A stretch of DNA of 64,000 nt from the human T2T-CHM13v2.0 reference genome, Homo sapiens. Positions 1 to 19,406 of this stretch are shown here, piece by piece; position 1 is the stretch's first letter, and every line of letters starts with the position of its first letter. The position numbers were made by a program, and so were the translations under genes. Under the pieces are notes generated by a model that saw only the letters and a list, made by a program, of their open reading frames with translations, searched no databases and was not told the DNA's origin. The stretch is from positions 35,712,001 through 35,776,000 of the forward strand of contig CP086569.2 in the NCBI GenBank assembly GCA_009914755.4, given 5' to 3'.

Positions 1-1495
1 ATATAATATATATAACCTATGTATAATATTGTTTTACATCCTGCATCTTATGTTATATATATTGTATAAAATATAATAATTGATAATATATAAGTTTTAT
101 AATTATACAATATGACATATGGTATATATTATAATTTATGACATATATAATATATGTTATATATCATATGTAGAATATATTATACGGTTAATATACGTAT
201 TAAATATAAATTATACATTATATATATTATATATAATATATCTGTTATATATAATACCCATTATGCATAATATATATATTATGTCTATGTTATATATAGT
301 ATAAAACAACATATAATAATATATAATTGTATATATAAAATGCGACATATAATATATATTATATTTTATAACATATGTAATTTATATTATATATTATATA
401 TAATACGTTGTATGTATAATACCTATATTAAATATATATTATATGACTATGTTATTAATTACATGTCACATGTGTTATATATTATATATTTTACATAGAA
501 TATACCGGTTACATACAATATATACTATGTTACCTATAATGTGTAATTTATTACCTGTAAAATAAAGAATGCAATATATTATGTATAATTTATAATATAC
601 AATATGTGGAATGTGATATATATAACATATAATATATGATACATGATATACAGTATATGATATATAACATACAATATATGATTCCTAATATATATGGTAT
701 ACAATATATATTTTATGATATGTATTCTATATGTTTTATATTCTGTTATATATAACTATTTGAAATTATATATAACTGTATAATATTTTATGTAAATATG
801 TAATATAATATATATAACTATATAATATATTATATATAACTATATATTTTGTTATATATACTTTTATAACATAATTTACATAAAATATCATAATATAATA
901 TATATTATATTATTTCATATTACATAATATATATTACATATCACCCAATATAACTAACATACATAATATTATAATATAGATTATATTATGTTATATTAAA
1001 TATCATATATATCATGTATCATATATTCTATAATATATATTACACTTTATATAATATGGATGTTGTCTATTATGTGATATATATAACTATATATATAATT
1101 ATATTTTTATACATATAACTAGATAAACATGTAATTCTACATATTTTCATTTATAATATGTAGAATTATATAATCATATATAATTATTTATATTCTATAA
1201 AAAATTTTATCATTATATAAATTATAATATATAAAAATTATAATATGTACTACAAATATATATATTATATATCATATATGATATAGTACCTTTGTTATAT
1301 ATCATAATACATGTAAATGTGTATTATGTTATCTATAATTATATAATTTCATATATAAGATATATAATATGTATCATATATTATATATGTTATGTAATAT
1401 ATATAGTATATATAAGATGACACAGGATAAATATTATATACTATGACATATAAAATATATGAGGTTATATGTTACATATAAGGCATAGCACATAA

Positions 1496-1815
<320 letters not shown>

Positions 1816-2395
1816 CATATTTTTTAAATGAAAAAAAATTTCAAAGGTACTCTGCTTGGTACAATAATCAAATGTATAAACTGAGGAATAAAACATAACC
1901 ATGAAACCTACTTATAACTGCATATGGAAAATACAGAGGATAATTTTTTAAATAACATATTTTGAAAGCCTTAACTAGTAATTTGAAGAGTTGGCATTTG
2001 AAAGGCCAGTATGAATGTACCTTCAAAGCAGCAACACAGGTTCCCCATGAGAAAAAGCAAACACAGGGAAAATAAAAACACAAAGGTTCAATCTCTTCTG
2101 ACCTTTGAAAGACACAGCACAGACAGTGGTCCTTAGGACGAAGAGCAGGAGACCCCTAATTCCGTCACCATGGCGATAGGGCATAAACATTGCTGGGTGA
2201 GGGCACAATCCACATTGTGAGGTCCAACTGCTGCCAGGAAGACAGGAGTGCTTTTACATAGACCGAAAGGTCATTGAAGGCTCAGAGTTTTGTTTCAAGA
2301 ACTGAATCCCAAGCCCACACGTTATTAGGCTGCGCTTCTTAAAACAAGTTATGAGATGGGAAAAAGGGCACCCACAAACATACGTATACATTATG
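1816..2395. other. Non-AT-rich (~45% GC) segment of the DYZ2 unit between the Alu and the AT-rich part. Representative copy; others at about 4235-4815, 6655-7235, 9075-9655, 12773-13355 and 15163-15745
   Basis: The base composition changes abruptly compared with the flanking AT-rich sequence. The segment produces the recurring 71-aa and 61-aa minus-strand ORFs, which are repeat artefacts. No recognisable gene, RNA or transposable-element signature is visible by eye. Confidence 0.7.
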
Positions 2396-2419
2396 TATAA
2401 TAATATACAGTATCATATA

Positions 2420-4837
2420 TATAATATATATAAACTATGTATAATATTGTTTTACATCCTGCATCTTATGTTATATATATTGTATAAAATATAATAATTG
2501 ATAATATATAAGTTTTATATTTATACAATATGACATATAGTATATATTATAATTTATGACATTTATAATATATGTTATATATCATATATAGAATATATTA
2601 TACGGTTAATATACGTATTAAATATAAATTATACATTATATATATTATATATAATATATCTGTTATATATAATACCCATTATGCATAATATATATATTAT
2701 GTCTATGTTATATATAGTATAAAACAACATATAATAATATATAATTGTATATATAAAATGCGACATATAATATATATTATATTTTATAACATACGTAATA
2801 TATATTATATATTATATATAATACGTTGTATGTATAATACCTATATTAAATATATATTATATGACTATGTTATTAATTACATGTCACATGTGTTATATAT
2901 TATATATTTTACATAGAATATACCGGTTACATACAATATATACTATGTTACCTATAATGTATAATTTATTACATGTAAAATAAAGAATGCAATATATTAT
3001 GTATAATTTATAATATACAATATGTGGAATGTGATATATATAACATATAATATATGATATATGATATACAGTATATGATATATAACATACAATATATGAT
3101 TCCTAATATATATGGTATACAATAAATATTTTATGATATGTATTCTATATGTTTTATATTCTGTTATATATAACTATTTGAAATTATATATAACTGTATA
3201 ATATTTTATGTAAATATGTAATATAATATATATAACTATATAATATATTATATATAACTATATATTATGTTATATATACTTTTATAACATAATGTACATA
3301 AAATATCATAATATAATATATACTATATTATTTCATATTACATATTATATATTACATATCACCCAATATAACTAACATACATAATATTATAATATAGATT
3401 ATATTATGTTATATTAAATATCATATATATCATGTATCATATATTCTATAATATATATTACACATTATATAATATGTATGTTATCTATTATGTGATATAT
3501 ATAACTATATATATAATTATATTTTTATACATCTAACTAGATAAACATGTAATTCTACATATTTTCATTTATAATATGTAGAATTATATAATCATATATA
3601 ATTATTTATATTCTATAAAAAATTTTATCATTATATAAATTATAATATATAAAAATTATAATATGTACTACAAATATATATATTATATATCATATATGAT
3701 ATAGTACCTTTGTTATATATCATAATACATATAAATGTGTATTATGTTATCTATAATTATATAATTTCATATATAAGTTGTATAATATGCATCATATATT
3801 ATATATGTTATGTAATATATATAGTATATATAAGATGACAGGATAAATATTATATACTATGACATATAAAATATATCAGGTTATATGTTACATATAAGGC
3901 ATAGCACATAACATGTAATATATATCATATATAATTTTTTTTTAGACAGAATCTTGTCCTGTTGCACAGGGTCGGGTACAATGGCGCCATGTTTGCTCAC
4001 TGCAACTTCTGCCTCACGGGTCCAAGCGATTGTCCTCCCTCAGCCTCCCAGGTAGCTGGGACTACACCACACTGGGACTACACCAGCTGCCACCATGCCT
4101 AGCTAATTTTTTGTATTTTTAGTAGTGACAGCGTTTCACTGTATTGGCCAGGATGGTCTTGATCTCTTCACCTTGTGATCCCCTTGCCTTGGCCTCCAAA
4201 TTTGCTGGGATTACAGGCCTGAGCCAAGATCCATATTTTTTAAATGAAAAAAAATTTCAAAGGTACTCTGCTTGGTACAATAATCAAATGTATAAACTGA
4301 GGAATAAAACATAACCATGAAACCTACTTATCACTGCATATGGAAAATACAGAGGATAATTTTTTAAATAACATATTTTGAAAGCCTTAACTAGTAATTT
4401 GAAGAGCTGGCATTTGAAAGGCCAGTATGAATATACCTTCAAAGCAGCAACACAGGTTCCCCATGAGAAAAAGCAAACACAGGGAAAATAAAAACACAAA
4501 GGTTCAATCTCTTCTGACCTTTGAAAGACACAGCACAGACAGTGGTCCTTAGGACGAAGAGCAGGAGACCCCTAATTCCGTCACCATGGCGATAGGGCAT
4601 AAACATTGCTGGGTGAGGGCACAATCCACATTGTGAGGTCCAACTGCTGCCAGGAAGACAGGAGTGCTTTTACATAGACCGAAAGGTCATTGAAGGCTCA
4701 GAGTTTTGTTTCAAGAACTGAATCCGAAGCCCACACGTTATTAGGCTGCGCTTCTTAAAACAAGTTATGAGATGGGAAAAAGGGCACCCACAAACATACG
4801 TATACATTATGTATATAATAATATACAGTATCATATA
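2420..4837. repeat. DYZ2 unit 2 (about 2,418 bp)
   Basis: Anchor spacing. Alu at about 3945-4234. Repeated spurious ORFs at 4284..4499 and 4439..4624 are identical to the unit-1 ORFs. Confidence 0.85.
3945..4234 (-). mobile_element. Alu element (antisense), DYZ2 unit 2 copy
   Basis: Same sequence as the unit-1 Alu at the same phase. Confidence 0.9.
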
Positions 4838-7256
4838 TATAATATATATAACCTATGTATAATATTGTTTTACATCCTGCATCTTATGTTATATATATTG
4901 TATAAAATATAATAATTGATAATATATAAGTTTTATAATTATACAATATGACATATAGTATATATTATAATTTATGACATATATAATATATGTTATATGT
5001 CATATATAGAATATATTATACGGTTAATATACGTATTAAATATAAATTATACATTATATATATTATATATAATATATCTGTTATATATAATACCCATTAT
5101 GCATAATATATATATTATGTCTATGTTATATATAGTATAAAACAACATATAATAATATATAATTGTATATATAAAATGCGACATAGAATATATATTATAT
5201 TTTATAACATATGTAATATATATTATATATTATATATAATACGTTGTATGTATAATACCTATATTAAATATATATTATATGACTATGTTATTAATTACAT
5301 GTCACATGTGTTATATATTATATATTTTACATAGAATATACCGGTTACATACAATATATACTATGTTACCTATAATGTATAATTTATTACATGTAAAATA
5401 AAGAATGCAATATATTATGTATAATTTATAATATACCATATATGGAATGTGATATATATAACATATAATATATGATATATGATATACAGTATATGATATA
5501 TAACATACAATATATGATTCCTAATATATATGGTATACAATATATATTTTATGATATGTATTCTATATGTTTTATATTCTGTTATATATAACTATTTGAA
5601 ATTATATATAACTCTATAATATTTTATGTAAATATGTAATATAATATATATAACCATATCATATATTATATATAACTATATATTATGTTATATATACTTT
5701 TATAACATAATTTACATAAAATATCATAATATAACATATATTATATTATTTCATATTACATAATATATATTACATATCACCCAATATAACTAACATACAT
5801 AATATTATAATATAGATTATATTGTGTTATATTAAATATCATATATATCATGTATCATATATTCTATAATATATATTACACATTATATAATATGTATATT
5901 GTCTATTATGTGATATATATAACTATATATATAATTATATTTTTATACATATAACTAGATAAACATGTAATTCTACATATTTTCATTTATAATATGTAGA
6001 ATTATATAATCATATATAATTATTTATATTCTATAAAAAATTATATCATTATATAAATTATAATATATAAAAATTATAATATGTACTACAAATATATATA
6101 TTATATATCATATATGATATAGTACCTTTGTTATATATCATAATACATATAAATGTGTATTATGTTATCTATAATTATATAATTTCATATATAAGATGTA
6201 TAATATGTATCATATATTATATATGTTATGTAATATATATAGTATATATAAGATGACACAGGATAAATATTATATACTATGACATATAAAATATATGAGG
6301 TTATATGTTACATATAAGGCATAGCACATAACATGTAATATATATCATACATAATTTTTTTCCAGACAGAATCTTGTCCTGTTGTACAGGGTGGGGTACA
6401 ATGGCGCCATCTTTGCTCACTGCAACTTCTGCCTCACGGGTCCAAGCGATTGTCCTCCCTCAGCCTCCCAGGTAGCTGGGACTACACCACACTGGGACTA
6501 CACCAGCTGCCACCATGCCTAGCTAATTTTTTGTATTTTTAGTAGTGACAGCGTTTCACTGTATTGGCCAGGATGGTCTTGATCTCTTCACCTTGTGATC
6601 CGCTTGCCTTGGCCTCCAAATTTGCTGGGATTACAGGCCTGAGCCAAGATCCATATTTTTTAAATGAAAAAAAATTTCAAAGGTACTCTGCTTGGTACAA
6701 TAATCAAATGTATAAACTGAGGAATAAAACATAACCATGAAACCTACTTATAACTGCATATGGAAAATACAGAGGATAATTTTTTAAATAACATATTTTG
6801 AAAGCCTTAACTAGTAATTTGAAGAGTTGGCATTTGAAAGGCCAGTATGAATATACCTTCAAAGCAGCAACACAGGTTCCCCATGAGAAAAAGCAAACAC
6901 AGGGAAAACAAAAACACAAAGGTTCAATCTCTTCTGACCTTTGAAAGACACAGCACAGACAGTGGTCCTTAGGACGAAGAGCAGGAGACCCCTAATTCTG
7001 TCACCATGGCGATAGGGCATAAACATTGCTGGGTGAGGGCACAATCCACATTGTGAGGTCCAACTGCTGCCAGGAAGACAGGAGTGCTTTTACATAGACC
7101 GAAAGGTCATTGAAGGCTCAGAGTTTTGTTTCAAGAACTGAATCCCAAGCCCACACGTTATTAGGCTGCGCTTCTTAAAACAAGTTATGAGATGGGAAAA
7201 AGGGCACCCACAAACATACGTATACATTATGTATATAATAATATACAGTATCATAT
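4838..7256. repeat. DYZ2 unit 3 (about 2,419 bp)
   Basis: Anchor spacing. Alu at about 6354-6654. Confidence 0.85.
6354..6654 (-). mobile_element. Alu element (antisense), DYZ2 unit 3 copy
   Basis: Same sequence at the same phase. The T-run is slightly altered (ttttttttccagacag). Confidence 0.9.
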
Positions 7257-9676
<2,420 letters not shown>

Positions 9677-10959
9677 TATAATATATATAACCTGTATATA
9701 ATATTGTTTTACATCCTGCATCTTATATATATTGTGTAAAATATAATAATTGATAATATATAAGTTTTATATTTATACAATATGACATATAGTATATATT
9801 ATAATTTATGACATATATAATATATGTTATATATAATATATAGAATATATTATACGGTTAATATACGTATTAAATATAAATTATACATTATATATATTAT
9901 ATATAATATATCTGTTATATATAATACCCATTATAGATAATATATATATTATGTCTATGTTTTATATAGTATAAACCAACATATAATAATATATAATTGT
10001 ATATATAAAATGTGACATATAATATATATTATATTTTATGACATTTGTAACATGTATTATATATTATATATATTACGTTGTATGTATAATACCTATATTA
10101 AATATATATTATATGACGATGTTATTAATTACATGTCACATATGTTATATATTATATATTTTACATGGAATATACCGGTTACATATAATATATACTATGT
10201 TACCTATAATGTATAATTTATTACATGTAATATAATGAATGTCATATATTATATATAATTTATAATATACAATATGTGGAATGTGATATATATAACATAT
10301 ATGATATATGATATAAAGTATATGATATATAACATACAATATATGATACGTAATATATATGGTATACAATATATATTTTATGATATGTATTCTATATGTT
10401 TTATATTCTGTTATATATAACTATTTGAAATTATATATAACTGTATAATATTTTATGTAAATATGTAATATAATATATATAACTATATAATATATTATAT
10501 ATAATTATATTTTATGTTATATATACTTTTATAACATAATTTACATAAAATATAATAATATAAAATATATTATATTATTTCATATTACATAATATATATT
10601 CAATATCACCCAATATAAGTAACATACATACTATTAAAATATAGATTATATTATGTTATATTAAATATCATATATATCATGTATCCTATATTCTATAATA
10701 TATATTATGCATTATATAATATGCATGTTGTCTATTATGTGATATATATAACTATATATATAATTGTATTATTATACATATAACTATATAAACATGTAAT
10801 TCTATATATTTTCATTTATAATATATAGAATTATATAATCATAATTATTTATATTCTATAAAAAATTATATCATTATATAAATTATAATGAGATGGGAAA
10901 TAGGGCACACACAAACATACGTATACATTATGTATATAATAATATACAGTATCATATAT
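9677..10959. repeat. DYZ2 unit 5, internally deleted (about 1,283 bp; lacks the Alu and most of the non-AT segment)
   Basis: AT-rich sequence ending ...atcattatataaattataat at about 10889 runs directly into gagatgggaaatagggcacac. In the other units that word lies about 1,136 bp further on. There is no poly-T/Alu between 9677 and 10959. Confidence 0.8.
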
Positions 10960-15764
<4,805 letters not shown>

Positions 15765-16627
15765 TATAATATATGTAACATATATATATAATACTGTTTT
15801 ACATCCTGCAGTTATATTATATATATTATATGTATTATAATAACTGGTAATGTATAAGTATTATATTTATACACTGTGACATATAATAATTATATTTTAT
15901 GCCGTATATAATATATATTATATATCATATACCAAATATATTATATGGTTAATATACGTATTAAATATATAATATACATTATAAATATTATATCTACGTT
16001 ATATATAACATTCACTATAGTTAATATATATATTATATCTAGCTTATATATAATATAAAATAACATATAATAATATATAACTGTATATATAAAATATGAC
16101 ATATAATATATATTATATTTTATGACATATATATGATATGTATTATATATTATATATAATATGTTGTAAGTATAATACATGTATTAAATATATATTATAT
16201 GTCTATGTTATTAATTATATGTAATATATGTTATATATTACATATTTGATATGGAATACACATGTTACATAGAATATATTCTATGTTACATATAACGTAG
16301 AATTTATTATGTGTAATATAATGTATGGCATATATTATAAATTCCTTATAATATACAATATGTGGAATGTGATATATATAACTTGTAATATATGATATAT
16401 GATATACAATATATGTTATATAACATACAATATATGATACATAATATATATGGTATAGAATATATATTTTATGTTATATATTATATATGTTTTATATTTT
16501 ATTATATATAAATATTTAAAATTATATATAACTGTATAATGTTATACGTAAATATATAATATACTACATATAACCATATATTATGTTATATAAAATTTTA
16601 TTACATACTTTCCATAATATATCATAT
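15765..16627. repeat. DYZ2 unit 8, partial (about 863 bp of AT-rich sequence), truncated at the DYZ1 junction
   Basis: The unit follows the diverged AT-rich pattern up to ...ccataatatatcatatgg. DYZ1 sequence begins immediately after. Confidence 0.8.
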
Positions 16628-16635
16628 GGACTCCT
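16620..16635. other. DYZ2-to-DYZ1 satellite block junction
   Basis: AT-rich ...ccataatatatcatatg is followed at 16628 by ggactcctttggaatggtctagtatgcaatgcaatcgactggcagggaat. That word recurs once per DYZ1 unit (for example at 22951 and 30044). Possible microhomology atgg at the join. Confidence 0.85.
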
Positions 16636-19406
16636 TTGGAATGGTCTAGTATGCAATGCAATCGACTGGCAGGGAATTAAAAGGAATGCAATCGAATGGA
16701 TTGCACAGGAATGCAATGGACTCGAATAGATTGGAAACAGAATGCAAAGGAATGGAATGGAATAGTATGGAATGGAATGGAAAGGAATGGAGTGGAATAG
16801 ACTAGAGTAGAATGGAATTTACTCGAAAGCAATGGACTGGAATAGAACTTTCTTGAATGGGCTGGAATCAAACGGAATGGAATGCTGTGCAATCAAATAG
16901 AATGAAAGAGAATCAAATCCAATCGAATGGATTGGAAAGGAATTGACTGAAATGGAATGGACTAGAATGGAAGGCAAAGGAATGGAATCTATAGGAATGG
17001 ACTGTAATGGAATGGAATGGAAGGGATTGGAATGGAATCGAATGGAATGGACTGCAATAGAAAGGATTCGAATGGAATGAAAAAGAATTGAATGGAATAG
17101 AACAGAATGGAATCAAATCGAATGAAATGGAATGAAATAGAAAGGATTCGAATGGAATGCAATCGAACGGAATGGAATCGAACGGAATGGAATAAAATGG
17201 AAGAAAACTGGCAAGAAATGGAATCGAAATGAATGGAGTGTTATGGAACGGACTCAAAAGGAATTGAATGTAATAGAATGGAGTGGAGTGGACTCGAATA
17301 TAATGGACTGGAATGGAATGAAATCACATGGAATGGGAACGAATGGAATGGAATGGAAAGGAATGGAATCGAATGGAAAGGAATCGAATGGAAGGGAATG
17401 AAATTGAATCAACAGGAATGGAAGGGAATAGAATAGACGGTAATGGAATGGACTCGAATAGAATGGACACGAATGCTCAAATTGAATGGACTCGAATGGA
17501 ATGGAAACGAAAGGAATGTCATCGAATGTAATTGAATCGATTGGAATGAAATCGCATAGAATGGAGTGGAATCAAATGGAATTGAGTCGAAAGGAAAGGA
17601 AGCGAATGGACTGAAATGAAATGGAATGGAATTGAATGGAAAGTAATGCAATGGAATAGAATGGAACGAAATTTCACGGAATGGAATCAAACTGAATGGA
17701 ATCAAATCAATGGAATCAAATCAAATGGAATGGAAAGGAATTGAATGGAGTAGATGGGATTGGATGGGATTGGAATGAAATGTACTGGAAAGAACTCGAA
17801 TTTCATGAAACGGAATGGAATGAATTGGAACGGAATGGACTCGAATGGAATGGAATGTCATGGAATGGCATCAAATGGAATGGCATCAAATGGAATGGAA
17901 TCGAATGCAATGGAATGCTATGGAATGGAATGGAATGCATTGGAATGGAATGTCCTCTAATGGAATGGATTCGAGTGGAATGGAATCGAATATAATGGAG
18001 TCGAATGAAATGGAATTGAAAGGAATGGGACCGAATACAATGGAATATACTGGAATGTAATGTAATGAACTCGAATGTAATTGACTGCAATGGAATGTAC
18101 ATGAATGGAATGTAATCGAATGGAAAGTAATCCAATGGAATAGAATCTAATGCAATAAAATCGACTCAAATAGAATAGAATGTAATGGAATGGAGTGCAG
18201 TGCAATGGAATGGAATGGAATGGAATGCAGTGGAATGGAATGGAATGGAATGCAATGGAATGGAATGTATTAGAATGTAATGAACATTAATGGAATGTAC
18301 TCGAATGGATTCGACTGGAATGGAATGTTCTGGAAGTTTATGGACTCCAATGGAATAGATTCGAAAGGAATGGAATCGAACGGAATGGAATCTAATGGAA
18401 TGGAATTAAATGGAAATGAATCAAATTGAATAGCACGGAATTGAATTGAATGGAATAGAATGCAATGTAATCTAATGAAACAGAAAGGAAAGGAATGGAA
18501 TGGAATGGAATGGGCTGGAATGGAATGGAATCGAAACGAATGGAATGGAATCGAACTAAAGAGACTGGAATGGAATGCACTGGAATGGAAGGGAGTGTAA
18601 TGGAAGGTTCTCGAAAAAAATGGAATCGAATGGAATGGAATTGAATGGAACGGAATAGAGTCGAATGGAATTGAATGGAATGGAATGGACTAGAGTGAAA
18701 TGGAATCGAACCACAAGGAATGGACAGGAATAGAATGGTCTCGAATTGAATGGAATCGTATGGAATGGCATCAAACGGAATGGAATGGACAGCCACGGAA
18801 TGGAATGCACTCGAATGCAATGGAGTCGAAACTAATGGACTGGAATAGAATGGACTCGACTGGTACGGACTCCAATGGAATGGAATCGAATGGAAGGGAA
18901 TCGAACAGAATGGACTCGAAGGGAAAAGACTGCAATGGAAAGGTCTCGAATGGAATGGAAATTAATGGAATGGAATGGAATCGAATGAAGTGGAGTCAAA
19001 AGGAATGGAATCGAATGGCAAGAAATCGAATGTAATGGAATCGCAAGGAATTGATGTGAACGGAACGGAATGGAATGGAATCCAAAGGAATGGAATAGAA
19101 TGGAATGGAATCAAATGGAAAGGACTCGAATGGAAATCACTCGAATAGAATGCAATTTCATAAAATAGGATCAAATGTAATGCAATGGAATGGAAAGGAA
19201 TCGAAACGAAAGGAATGGAGACAGATGGAATGGAATGTAACAGAGAGCAATGGTATAGAATGGAATGGAATCATCTGGAATGGAATTGAATGGAATGCAA
19301 TAACATGAAATGGAATGGAATGGAATGGAATGCCCTTGAATTAAATGGACTGGAATGGAATGGACTCGAACAGAGTGTAATGGAAAGTGTTGAAATAGAA
19401 TGGAAT
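16628..19406. repeat. DYZ1 unit 1, shortened (2,779 bp)
   Basis: Anchor-to-anchor distance is 2,779 against about 3,544 for the next unit. Internal anchors place a deletion of about 680 bp between 17951 and 18607, and one of about 85 bp between 16628 and 17951. Confidence 0.75.
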
